From Podarcis bocagei (Eukaryota): a stretch of 64,000 nt of DNA. The position numbers and the translations under genes are program-made. Positions 12,601 to 26,100 of this stretch are shown one piece after another. The stretch lies in assembly GCA_964188305.1 (NCBI GenBank), contig OZ076895.1. The stretch is one strand, 5' to 3'. The notes below the pieces were generated by a model. That model was not told the origin of the DNA. It ran no database searches and saw only the letters and a list, made by a program, of their open reading frames with translations. Numbering within the stretch: the first letter of the stretch is position 1; each line of letters starts with the position of its first letter.

Positions 12601-15600
12601 TTGGGGCGGCAGCGGACTGCTTGCGCGCACCTAGAAGCTTGGGGCTTGCTGAGCTCAGCGCGCGCCAAGCTTCTGCATGCCGGCAAGCAGTCCGCTGCCG
12701 CCCCCAGCCTCGCGCACCCGGCAGGAGGTCCCGCCGGGTGCGCAAGGCTTGGGGCGGCAGCGGACTGCTTGCGCGCCCCTAGAAGCTTGGGGCGTGCTGA
12801 GCTCAGCGCGCGCCAAGCTTCTGCATCCCGGCAAGCAGTCCGCTGCCGCCCCAAGCCTCCCGCACCCGGCAGGAGGTCCCGCCGGGTGCGCAAGGCTTGG
12901 GGCGGCAGCGGACTGCTTGCGCGCCCCTAGAAGCTTGGGGCGTGCTGAGCTCAGCGCGCGCCAAGCTTCTGCATCCCGGCAAGCAGTCCACTGCCGCCCC
13001 AAGCCTCCCGCACCCGGCAGGAGGTCCCGCCGGGTGCGCAAGGCTTGGGGCGGCAGCGGACTGCTTGCGCGCCCCTAGAAGCTTGGGGCGTGCTGAGCTC
13101 AGCGCGCGCCAAGCTTCTGCATCCCGGCAAGCAGTCCGCTGCCGCCCCAAGCCTCCCGCACCCGGCAGGAGGTCCCGCCGGGTGCGCAAGGCTTGGGGCG
13201 GCAGCGGACTGCTTGCGCGCCCCTAGAAGCTTGGGGCGTGCTGAGCTCAGCGCGCGCCAAGCTTCTGCATCCCGGCAAGCAGTCCACTGCCGCCCCAAGC
13301 CTCCCGCACCCGGCAGGAGGTCCCGCTGGGTGCGCGAGGCTTGGGGCGGCAGCGGACTGCTTGCGCGCACCTAGAAGCTTGGGGCGTGCTGAGCTCAGCG
13401 CGCCCCAAGCTTCTAGGTGCGGGCAAGCAGTCCGCTGCCGCCCCAAGCCTCGCGCACCCGGTGGGACCTCCTGCCGGGTGCGCGAGGCTTGCAGACACTC
13501 GCCGGAAGCAGGGGGAGCCCTCCAGAGGGCTCCCCGTGCTTCGGGCGACAGGCTGCCGCCCCAAGCCTCGCGCACCCGATGGGACCTCCTGCCGGGCGCG
13601 CGAGGCTTGCAGGCATTTGCCCCATAAGACGCACCCCGATTTCCCCTTCATTTTTGGAGGGGAAAAAGTGCGTCTTATGGGGCGAAAAATACGGTATTTT
13701 AAAGATGATTTTATAATTGTGGTTTCTCTCCAGTGAGGTTCCATTCTACCACCACAGTATTCTACCATCTCCTGCCCACATCATTCTGCTTTATTTATTT
13801 ATTCCATATATTTATATACTGCTTATAAGACAGTCTCCAGGCGGTTTACAGAATAATTCAATATGTGTACGTATATATTGATGAAAATGAAAAATTACAA
13901 TAAAATATAAAACAATAATATCCCAGAAAAATTACAAACATAGCAGCACATTAGGAAAAGACTTTGAGCACCATGGAATGACTTTAAGCATTCCCTTTTC
14001 AGCCTCTCTCTCGCAAAGACCTTACTTCCACAAAATTTTCATAGGGTCAGGTTTTCTGACTGGACCACCACCTTCACACTTCATTGCAGCAATGCCCTTT
14101 AGGTTTTGCACACATGACATTTTAGAATATATTGTATATATTTTTTGCCCCTGAGAAGCACATCTTGAGAAACTCGTTTCACCCAAAATCTTTGTGATAT
14201 TGCCTGAAATTGGCACTGGTGTTGGCAGTGGTTCTCGGCCAACAGCAAATGCCGCAAGCAGTGGCAGCAGCAGCAGGTATGGTGCTGACAGGAATGGCAA
14301 GGTTCACATTTTGCCTCAAGTGTCGAAATTGGATGCACCGCCCCTGTGAAGCTGAGTCCTCAGAATCTGGTGGTAACAGTAACTTCCATCAGTTCAGGTC
14401 AGTGGAGAGGCTGCAGGATCCAGGGCCAGGGGCCTGTTCTTCAGAAATACTGAGGAGCAAGAATGAATCCTCCTTGGAATAGTTGCTGCTTGAGAACTTT
14501 TCTCCAGAGCCTCCCAGTCCAGACAGTCAGAAGCTTGCCATTTACATTTCAACAGGGGCAGCACAATGGGTGTAGGAGAGGAAATAGCAACAAAGAACAA
14601 AAGAGGAGGAATGGGAAAGGCAGTGGTAACAAGAGAGATAATTAAAAAGAAATGCTTTTTAAAAAGAAAAGACTGATAAAACATTCTTTGTTTCTCCCAA
14701 TTTAGTCCCACTGCGAATGCAAAGAACATTTCAGAAAGTTTGTACCTGGACTTGGGTGCAGTATAACGGATATCTGTGCAACTCGTAACCCCTGCCATAA
14801 ATATGCCGAATGCACAATGGCTGCACCAGGACAAACTCAGTAAGTCGTTTATCTCCTGGTGTCTTTCTGAGATGTCTGCTGTTCTCTCATTGGGCTGTTT
14901 ATCAAGATTGAAACTGCAAAAGTGAGGTTTTATGCAAAAATAAATTCCAGGTGGAATGGATGGGAGAGCAAGATGTTTATACCCTTCGTGTGGCAAAGCG
15001 TTCCGTGTCCGCATTTCCTCTGTATTATTTACATACCAAACAACAATCTAGCTAAAGCTAGGCATTTATTATTACTATTATTTTTACATTACTTGGATTG
15101 TCCTACATCTTAGCAGGGCTGTCATCTGCTCAGGACAGACACATATCAGATCCTGATATCCTAGTTGGTAAACCACCTTAAAGTTCTTTGTTCATTCCTG
15201 GCTTCATATACTATGGTTAACAGAGCTAGAAATGTTACATCCAAACTGACTCGCTGCTTTTTGTTGCTGATGTGCCTTTTATTTCAGAGACATTGCATCT
15301 GTTGGATCACATTGTGTCTCTGCTGCATTGTGTTGCTATATTCCACTTTGAATGATTTTCTGTGCCTTCTAGACTTTCTGAAGCAGGTAGATTGCTGACA
15401 AGAGTTCCTATTCTTCTTTTTCTTTTTTAATGATTTTTATTGGTTTTACATATAATCACATTACATAACATCATACCCTCTTATTTTATCTCTTTGTCTC
15501 ATCTGAGCCTAATGACTTCCCTCCCTCCCATCTGATGGTTTACAAAATTAAACTTTGCATCTTTACATTTGGCTTTGTTTCTTATCCTTGTTACAGAGTT

Positions 15601-17152
15601 ACCTAAAATTTTATATTACTCAACCTGATATAGCAGTTTCATCTTACAAATCTTCAGACAAGAGTTTCTCTTCCAATGAAAGTCTCATGCTGTATGACAA
15701 CAGAGTTTTGAAACTGAAGAGAGGATCAAAAGCAGTTTGTGATTGCGTACACATCGTACATTGAAAGCACATTACTTCACCCATAGAGTCCTGGGAACTA
15801 TTGTTTAACTCTCATAGACCTACAACTTCCAGGATCCATAACAAACTACAGTTCCCAGAATTGTTTGGGGGAAGACATTTGCTTTCAATATGCTTTACAT
15901 GTATGGTGCATATGCAGCCTATGATGTTTTATGGGTCTGTAAGAAAAATCAGCAAGCCCCCTGTGTCTGCACAAGCCATTACACTGGCCGCAAACAGTTC
16001 TTTGCATCATGACCTATGTAAATAATAATAATAATTCAGTATGATATTGTTTATTTATAAATGCTGTTACTCATGTTTGTTTCTTCTTCTGCTAAACGGC
16101 AATACCTGTTGCTTTTTTGCTCAGATGTACATGCCAAAAGGGTTATGAAGGTGATGGATATATTTGCCACGGAAACATCATGGACCAGATTAGAGACATA
16201 AACACCAAACCTGGAGGGCAGTGGCAAGGAAAACTAATTTCTGCTATAGAACTCTTTGGTATGTAGATACATTCAACCAAGGAGGCTGGATTTCAAAACT
16301 TAGCTAGTAGGGGTATGTTGCAACTGTCCGAAGACTCACAAATGAGAAATATTTGAGACCCAGATGGACTCAAGTGATCTTGAAGAGTTCTTCCTAGCTA
16401 TTCCCTCCTGGTCTTTTGAAAGAACACCAGTTCTAAATCAGGATAGGTATTCATGTGATACAAGGATATGCTCTTATCCTTATATTTGTCTCCAGATAGG
16501 CCTACTCTGTGGGCCTATCCATCAGCCCCTCAACCTATGCAATCCAGAGATAAAAGGTAAAGGAACCCCTGTCCATTAGGTCCAGTCGTGACCGACTCTG
16601 GGGTTACAACGCTCATCTCGCTTTATTGGCCGAGGCAGCCGGTGTACAGCTTCCGGGTCATGTGGCCAGCATGACTAAGCCACATCTGGCGAACCAGAGC
16701 AGCGCACGGAAACGCCGTTTACCTTCCCGCTGGAGCAGTACCTATTTATCTACTTGCACTTTGACGTGCCTTTGAACTGCTAGGTTGGCAGGAGCAGGGA
16801 CCGAGCAACGGGAGCTCACCCCGTTGCGGGGATTCGAACCGCTGACCTTCTGATTGGCAAGTCCTAGGCTCTGCGGTTTAACCCACAGCGCCACCCGCGT
16901 CCCTAATCCAAAGATACAGCCATACTATTTATTTAAAGTGCACCCAGTGCACATTAAAACATATTACTTCTCCCAAAGAGTCCTGAGAACTGTAGTTCCA
17001 AGAACCTCTGAACCAAGAAATACCAGGGAATGCAAAACATACATTCTACCACTGAGTTTCAGAACAGAAAGTACCTAAATGGGATGCTTAGAGTTTACAT
17101 CATGCCATTGCTGGGAAGTACATGCATTATCTTAGCATAAAGGACTGTTAAC

Positions 17153-17193
<41 letters not shown>

Positions 17194-20100
17194 TGGGAGG
17201 AGGAAGATTGTAAACTTGTGGAGGAAACAGGATGGATAAGGACAGGAGAGGAAACTGCTGATGGGAGATAGCAAGAAATCCATCCCCTATAGTTAGCTGT
17301 TGTGTTTACACAGTTTCCAAAGCTGTAGTATCAACTCCTACAAAATTCAGATGGTCAAAAACGAACATTTTATCTGTTTCAGAATAAACACAATTACCTC
17401 TTGGAGGCCCATGAGCAAATTTCACCTCAGGTGGCAAAACAGGATGAGCCGACCCTGGCTATAGGCCTCTATTTTTTTAAATGTTAATAATTGGTTGTAC
17501 TCTTCTGATACATTACTTAAAGTTGTATCTGTTTATTCTATGCATTTTTTTTAAAAAAATACATAAAAAATACTTATACAGAATTCATTTTACAGTATTC
17601 ATTCCTTTGTTCCATTTTTCTGTTTTCCTCGTAAGAAAATACCTACGAATGGCCGCTGAATACTTTGGGACCGTTTACAGTTCTTGTTCCAACAAACAAG
17701 GGGTTCAAAGGGGTAAATGTAAGTGTCGTGCTCAAAAATGGCATACTTTAAAAACGATAAATATTTGTTTAGTTCTACAGCACCTTTCATCAATATGATG
17801 CCCTGCAGACGTTTTGGACAGCAACTCCCATCAGCCTCAGCCACTATTGCCATGTCAGCAGGACTTGATGGAAGTTGCAATCCAAAATGCCTGGAGGGCA
17901 CCAGGTTGGTGAAGAAATGGTATGACATAATATTTTAAGTTCTGAGCATATCCGCAATAAAATGCAATTTGTTCTTGGCCCTATTGGGTAGCAATTATAT
18001 GCAGCCTTAAACTGATTCAGTGTGTTACTTAATAGTTGTAGTCAAGCCAAAGGGTCGTGCTCAACTAAGTTATATTTTGAATAGGCCTGCTGAAATTAAT
18101 GTACCTAAATTAGTCATGTCCATTAATTTTCAGAGGTCTTCTCTGAGTATGATTAATACTATGGCTGCAATCCAAAATCTGTTGCTCAGCTTGTATATCA
18201 TTTTGGGTGAAGCACATTATTTTGTGGTTGGCCAGCACAATTTTCTAGCTAGCTTGAGCTGTAGCTCTTGTTATTGTGGTCTGTATTGTACTCACCTATT
18301 GGTTAGTGCCAATGACATCCCTGGTAACCTGTCAGCTTTGTTCATTCAACATTTTGCAAATGTTTAGATTTTTTTTTTTTTTTACTACTGTAGAACAGAA
18401 TGCTTTTTTGTTTTGTACAAGAACCTGGGAATAGAAGAATGCTTCCTTGCGCCTCTGTCGTTAGGAAAAAGATGTTACCGTTTAATTTTTTTCTGTTTTC
18501 ACTGCTTTGGGCCCAGACTAAGACTGCAAGCCTAAAGGCAAAGGGACCCCTGACCATTAGGTCCAGTCGTGTCTGACTCTGGGGTTGCGGCGCTCATCTC
18601 GCTTTATTGGCCGAGGGAGCCGGCGTACAGCTTCCGGGTCATGTGGCCAGCATGACTAAGCCGCTTCTGGCGAACCAGAGCAGCACACGGAAACGCTGTT
18701 TACCTTCCCGCCAGAGCAGTACCTATTTATCTACTTGCACTGCGTGCTTTTGAACTGCTAGGTTGGCAGGAGCTGGGTGTCACGGTCCGGTCTACAGGCG
18801 ATCAAAGTCCCAGCTGAGGACCTCAGCACTGGGGGCAAGATGGCGGGGTGGGAGCAGGAACGAGAGTCCAGAAGCCAGGGGTCCGAAGGTCAGGAAGCAG
18901 GGAGTCACAAAGTCAAGGGTCTGAGGGTCAAGAAGCAAGGAGTCACGAAGTCAAGGGTCTGAGGGTCAAGAAGCAAGGAGTCGAGAAGCTGAGGTCCAAG
19001 AATCAGGAAGCAAAAAGCCAAACACAGCAAGGCAGGAAATATGTTGCTGTGGCAAAGAGCCAAAGGGAAATGCTGACCTTATATCCCTTCCCGGCTCTTG
19101 CCACCAGGTGCTGTGAGTTACCAAGTGGCCTCACCTGTGCGGCCGCACCTTGCCTCTCCAGAACAAACTTAGGAAGGCCCCAGTCCTGCAAAGCCCTACT
19201 GGTCACAGGGCCTGGCTCCTGCACGCACTCCTGACACTGAGACCGAGCAATGGGAGCTTACCCCATTGTGGGGATTCGAACCACCGACCTTCTGATCAGC
19301 AAGCCCTAGGCTCTGTGGTTTAACCCACAGCGCCACCCGCATCATGTGTAGTCAGAAGTAAATCCCACTGAATTCAATGCGGTTTACTCCCAGGCAAGCT
19401 ACGATTGCAGCCTAAATGTGTCACTTTTGGTCCCGTTGAAATCAGTAGGACTTGGAAATCCTGTCACCATGACTAACTTTTCACATTGATTTCAATCGGC
19501 CTATGTGTTACTAACCCCATAGTTTGGTCTCTCCAGCACTTGGAAATCACATGTTCTCTAGATACAGTCTTTTACCTCCCTTTCAATTTTTTAGGGTGCC
19601 TTTTCCACATTATTGAGAATTATTTGTATTAGAAGCCTATATAATATCATTTCACTTCATTTTGCTAATCTTCCAGGTTAAAGACATTCTTTCTAATAAA
19701 GAGAGTGCCCAGTATTTTGTGAAGCTCCACATACTTGCTGGTCAGCTGGATCTGAATGGGTTGAATAGTACAAGTACAGTTTATACTCTCACTGGCAAAC
19801 CAGGGGTCATATTAAATGATGAAAAGGTAAGGTATGGTTTTCACTTTATTACTGCTATTTCACTAGCAAGTGCAAAATTGATATTGGGTTTGTTTGGCAG
19901 AGTTTTAACTGTTTTGTGTGTGAACTACTTTGGCTTATTGCTGTTGTTTTTTTTAAAGTTGTGCTTTAACCTTTTATTTCAGTTTCACTGTGTTCTTACT
20001 GGAAGGTACTTTGTGGACATTGTAGTGGAAAACAGGATATACAATGATACATATAAATTTCATACTCCATTTTTCTACTACTTATGGCCCCCAAAATGGT

Positions 20101-23100
20101 TTGCAGCAAGCCTTAATACAGCAACAGCAAAACCAGTATCAAATGCAAATAAAAATCCATTTAAAATGGTGAAACAACAGATTTAGAATACAGCAATGTT
20201 TTATAAGACAGCCAAAGCTAGTTATTCAGCTCCCAGAGGTGCTAACTTTTCTGCATCAATACATTCCCTATCAACAAAAGGTTTCTTTTGCTCGTTGTGT
20301 AAGTTTATTAAACTTAAAGGTCTGGTTGTTGTTGTTTTTTAAAGGATCAAATGACAATCCAAAGTCATGGCATGTTGAACTGATGCTATAACACAGTATG
20401 ATGCAAATGCAGAGTAGAATCATAGAGTTGGAAGACACCACAAGGGCCATCGAGTCCAACCCCCTGCCAAGCAGGAAACACCATCAGAGCACTCCTGACA
20501 TATGGTTGTCAAGCCTCTGCTTAAAGACCTCCAAAGAAGGAGACTCCACCACACTCCTTGGCAGCAAATTCCACTGTCGAACAGCTCTTACTGTCAGGAA
20601 GTTCTTCCTAATGTTTAGGTGGAATCTTCTTTCTTGTAGTTTAGATCCATTGCTCCGTGTCCGCTTCTCTGGAGCAGCAGAAAACAACCTTTCTCCCTCC
20701 TCTATGTGACATCCTTTTATATATTTGAACATGGCTATCATATCACCCCTTAACCTCCTCTTCTCCAGGCTAAACATGCCCAGCTCCCTTAGCCATTCCT
20801 CAGGTAGGCTTCAGGTATAATATAGGAATATAGGAAGCTGCCTTATACCAAGTCAGACCATTTGGTCTAGCTACCTCAGTATTGTCTACTCTGACCAACA
20901 GCAGCTCTCCAGTGTTTCAGAAGTTTTACACGCAAAGCAGATGCTGTACTGCTGAGCCACAGTCCTTGCCATAAAGGGGCCTTGGGCAAAGTATCCTCTG
21001 GTGGGCTTCCCTGGCTGCAGTGACAGTGGCCCATGCAGTGCTGGGGAGCTGGGTCTGTCTGCCCTTCTAATTTCTCACGGTTTCTAGTCCATTGGCAGCT
21101 GCCCAAGGATGCCTAGTGCTGACATCAGCCCTGCACAAATGCAGTAGTCCATAGCCCAGTTCCTATGGGTCGTACAACTAGTATATTGACTGTACCTCTT
21201 CTTGAACACTGTGTGCTTGTACCTGGTAAGCCAATGTGGTGCTCTCCAGATGTTGGCAGACTACAGCTTCCATCATTGTTGACCACTGGCCATACTGGTT
21301 GGGGCTGATGGGGCTTGCAGTCTGCCAGAATCTGGACAGCAGCATGTTGGCTACCCTGTTCTAGATTTTATTTCAGATGCCTGCCTGATGTCAAATGAGA
21401 TTTGAGTGCTGAATATCATACAATTTATATAGCAGCTCATGTTTTTTATTACTACTACTACTACTACTATTATTATTACATAAGCAGTGTGTGCCTTGTT
21501 AGATAAAATAATCCTATATTTATTTTCTGGGCCTTTCTAGGACAATCTACTTAGAATAAGATTACAGGGAGGGAAGAAGAAAGTGAAAATATTACAAGCA
21601 GATATTGTCGCTTCCAATGGAATTGTACACATTGTTGATAGAGCCCTGGACAATATGGAACCGAGCTTTGAAAGTGATAAAGAGGTGAGGTCAAATACAG
21701 GCAAGTAACTATAACAGTTTAGAACCACGATTTTACCTATGAATTTAAACATTTCTTGCAACAGATGCCTACTGTGCAATAAAGCTGGAGAATAGTAGTA
21801 TTTATATAGTACTTTAAATGCCCTGAGAGATTTTTTTCATGCATAAAACTTTGAAACAACCCTATAAAACTAGGCCTCTGGTGAGGTCAGACTAAGGGAT
21901 ACTTGTCCAGCTTGAACTTAATGCTAAACTATGGTTCAGCATTATGTGGTCAGCAGCAGCAGTCCTCAAGACTTATGCACTCCCTTCTCCTGTTGTCTGT
22001 TGTTGCCACGGGGAAATTGTAAGCTCCTGTTTCTGTTTTGGATTAACCACAATTTAGTGTTCCACCCAGGCATGCATCTTTTTCATACCTCTCAGAAAAA
22101 GCCAGGGACTGAATTAGGAACTTTATGCATACAGAGTACATCTTCTGCCACTCCTTCCTGCTGAGCACTGTTGTGCAGTGTCATTCATATAAAGCCATGC
22201 CAAAGGCAGATCTAGGCGAGCATTACCAGTGCAATTGCACCGGGCACTGAGCTTCTGGGGCACAGGAAATATGACATCCAATGGAAAGCGAGAGGTTGCG
22301 GGGGGGGCACTGGGTTTTGGTGTTGCACAGGGCACCACTGGAATTTTTGGTGCCAACATCCGCCACTGGCCTTGCAAAGGTCTCTACATTCTTTTTATAC
22401 AAATAATAATTTGTATCATATACAATAATAATTGATGCACTCGGTTACCGTTGATATTCAAAGTAGGATGACTCTATTTCTGTCTTCTTAGAGATCTATA
22501 ATGGCATTGCTTCTGGGCAAAGTGAGATACAGCAGATTTAGATCCATACTAGAGGTAAGACTTAAACAAAAAAAACAACCACAAATTTACAGATTTTCAT
22601 TTTGCAAAAAAACCAAAAAAACATATAAACTGCTGTTCCCTTCTACTCACTCTTTCTAAAATAGAACAGCGTTGTGGGACCAATGTTAGATATACATCCA
22701 GGACCTAATACAATTTTCATTCCAACCAACGATGCTTGGAAGAGCTTGAAAGATGGAGAACTGGACTACCTGTTGTCAAGTAAGGTATAAGTCTTTAAAT
22801 AACACATACGGGCATTCATTCTTATGTAGTAACAGTATCCACTAGGACACAACCAATGGTCAGCTTGAATATAGAAAATGTATACATCCCCCACCCAGAA
22901 TGACACACAGCATTACTGGCTATTTGCATGCCATTGTTCAATCAGCTGCTGGATCTTTCCTTACCACTAGCATAACTTGTCTGCCACAAGTTGATTTAAT
23001 CAGGAAAAGGATAGCCAATGCAGTACTCTACAGATGTTGTTGGACACCAACTCACAGCAGCTCCGGGTTGCATAGTAAGGGATTTTGGGAACTGGTGGGA

Positions 23101-26100
23101 AGTTCAACAACTTATGGGGGGTACCACAATGGCTGTATAGAAGACCTTATATTTAGTTGTAATGACTACATCTGTAAGGATGTGAATAGGACTCGAGGCC
23201 ATGAAACACCTATTGAATATCATGCTTTGATTAAAAGCAGACATCCAGGTTGTCTTAATAAAAGCTGATTTCCAGAAGAATCCTAAGCATAGGAGGGAAA
23301 TTTACTCTCTGGTCAGTTGCTTTGTTTTGCCACAAAATATCAGACAAAAATATACATTTTTTTCTTTTTTCATAATTACCCTTTTACTTATGTGAATGGT
23401 CTTGGCCTAATATACTTACTGGTTTGGATTTCTATGGCGGATCCCATGCCAGGCTTTGTGGGGTCACCAGGCAAGTGTACCTACCCCAGCACCAAACTGG
23501 CAGTGGGCTTTGGGCTCTCAAATTTCAGTGGCACCCTGTGTCACTCCTCGGCCTAGTGGTCTCTGTTTTTGAATATTGTTTTGGCGCCCCCTGCAGCCTT
23601 GTGCGACCTTAAGGGTCACACCACCCTAAAGCCGCCTCTGACCAAACTGAGCCAGTGAACAGTGGCTGCTGTTTCTCTTCTCTGGAAGCTGCAGCGCCTC
23701 CACTGGGGTCAGAGGGGGAGAGCAAATGAGCAAAGAAGACCAGTGGCTTGAGAATGCCATTGTGCTTTGCATCTTCTCACAGCTCAAATTAGATTTCGCT
23801 TCTTTGGTCGGCATGAAAAAGAAAATATTGCATGATGCCATGGGCATAGCCAAAGGGGGCATGGGGCAGCTGCTCCCTCCCCTTCATCAAGTAAAATGAT
23901 AGAAATACTTAACTAACTGACCAGTCATGTTGGTTATGCCCCCCTCCAACAAAAGCCCTGGCTATGCCCATGCAGGATGCTTGTTCAGATAAATGTGGCT
24001 CATTCTTTATTTGTACAGGGTTCACGAAAGCTTCGCGAGCTAGTTCAGTATCACATTGTTCCTCACACCCAGGTTAGTGCAATTGATGTCTGTGCTAGAT
24101 TTGATATTACCTTATTATAGTACACTTGTTACTTCTCACTACTGAAATCTATGATGCCTCTCATAACTTACTGAAATCCTTATGTCCCAGTACCCACAAA
24201 AGAAGTAAGGGGGGCGGTTTCTATAATGATCTGAAGCAGGGCTGGCCCACTCATGAGGCAAGGTGAGGTGACTGCCTCAGGTGGCAGAATCCACAGGGGT
24301 GGCAGATCCCGATGTAGATCTTTATTTCCCACCTTGTTCCTGATTTAGATCTTCACTCATCCATTCTTCCTCGTTGGGGAGGGCTGGCACCATTTTGTGG
24401 TTCACTTCAGGCGCCAAAATGTCTTGCACTAGTGAGTGCACCCCTTTAAGTGTCATTATACTTTCATGGACTCCTTTTTGAATACTATTTGCTAATTATT
24501 TTCTATTCAATTTTAAAAAAGACTCCTATTGTAATATTTGGCTGGGGGGGGGGAATGAATTATTTTTTCTTCCCTATAGCTGGAGGTAGCCAGCCTTATC
24601 TCAATAGGGCACATCCAGACTATGGCGCAACAGTTCATCTATTTTAACGTCACCAATAGTGTAAGTACAAGAAAGGCCAGTTCTTATTTATTCATTTTGT
24701 TTTCCTGTTTAATCCAGTCAAATTTTGTTTTCTGAATTCTAAAAGGAGTGGACTTTTTAACACACAGTTAACAACAGCTAACTCCTGCTTTCCAGAGTAA
24801 AGCCTCCAATTGTCAAATTTCAGGCCTCCAACTGTCAAATCTCTGCTATCTTCCTCACTGACAGCTAACTCCCAGCTGACCAAAACCTCAAGCCGTTCAG
24901 AGTCTGCTGCCATTCAAACCAATAACAGAAGTAACCCCTCAAGTCACTTGCTGAATGATCTCTGCCATTGTACTTCTAGCAACAAGACCTGTTCTCTCAT
25001 CCTTTCATGTTGCTTCTTCAGCTCACGAGTTGAACCCATTTGCCTGACTCTGTTGAAAATGGTTGTGTTTAAGAGGATGTGAGATGATATGAAAGTTCTG
25101 TCTGTGGTGTCTGATGTCAGATGGTTTATTTACACATGCAACTCATCACTTAATAACTGTAGCCATCAAGTGGTGGGTGTACGTGTACAAGCCGAAACAG
25201 ATTTTACAGTCATTACATAAAACTGAAACATCAAAGCAAATTTTCCACACACGCTGCTGATATCACCATTGTAATGTTTAATACCTTGTGGAAATTAGCC
25301 ATTGTGTTATGAGTACAACCCTTGACTGTTGTTAATGTGGAGCAGCGGCAGCAATACTCACAATACTCTGAGTTACACACTGCTGCTAAATGTACATTAA
25401 TGTATTTGTTACACGGATATTATTTCCACATCTATTTATTCCTCTGAGAGTTGTCTCAAATAGCAGTTCTTATTTCAACAGACTGAATCTGGAATATTTC
25501 TGAAAGCGATGTGACACCTTGAGGTCTTACAGTCAGCACTTAACATGTAAACAATTATATATGGGGCTGTTTGAGGTATATGAACGAAAAGGGGGCCTCT
25601 CCTTCATAGTGATACTGCAGTTTTGTCCTTGGGGGCTGTTCTTTGAGACAAAAATATATGGGGCTGGATGTTGGAGATTCTTTGAAGATTTGTGAGAGAT
25701 ACAGAGGTACCTCGGGTTACAAATGCTTCAGGTTACAAATGCTTCACGTTACAGACTCCGCTAACCCGGAAGTAGTACCTCAGGTTAAGAACTTTACCTC
25801 AGGATGAGAACAGAAATGCAGCGGCGTGACGGCAGTGGGAGACCCCATTATCTAAAGTGGTACCTCAGGTTAAGAATGGACCTCCAGAACGAATTAAGTT
25901 CTTAACCAGAGGTACCACTGTATAAGGATTTATGAAAGACTGTGAGTGGAGTGTAAGAATATTGCTCTAGTATAGGGCCTTTTCTTTTGACCTTGCAATG
26001 CCATTAAACCAGAGGAGGAGTCTACTTGGCTGCTCATTATCTGAACATGATGTTGTGTCCTTGGCTATAGATACATTATTCTTTGGTGTGGCTTTGGCTA

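Noticed and set aside
12507-13490. CRISPR-like regular array (also 38205-39197)
   Set aside because: Units are contiguous with no unique spacers, are far too long, have no cas genes nearby, and lie in a vertebrate intron inside TIRs.
12389-13768. Many overlapping 110-170 aa ORFs on both strands
   Set aside because: Artefact of a GC-rich palindromic 148-bp repeat; no domain and no transposase motif.
16820-16903. tRNA gene (A/B boxes)
   Set aside because: It is the tRNA-derived head of a Sauria SINE, continuous with the SINE body and tail.
19827-20186. 119-codon read-through after exon 12 with a hydrophobic, TM-like stretch
   Set aside because: T-rich intron sequence naturally gives hydrophobic peptides, and this length is plausible by chance among 50 introns.
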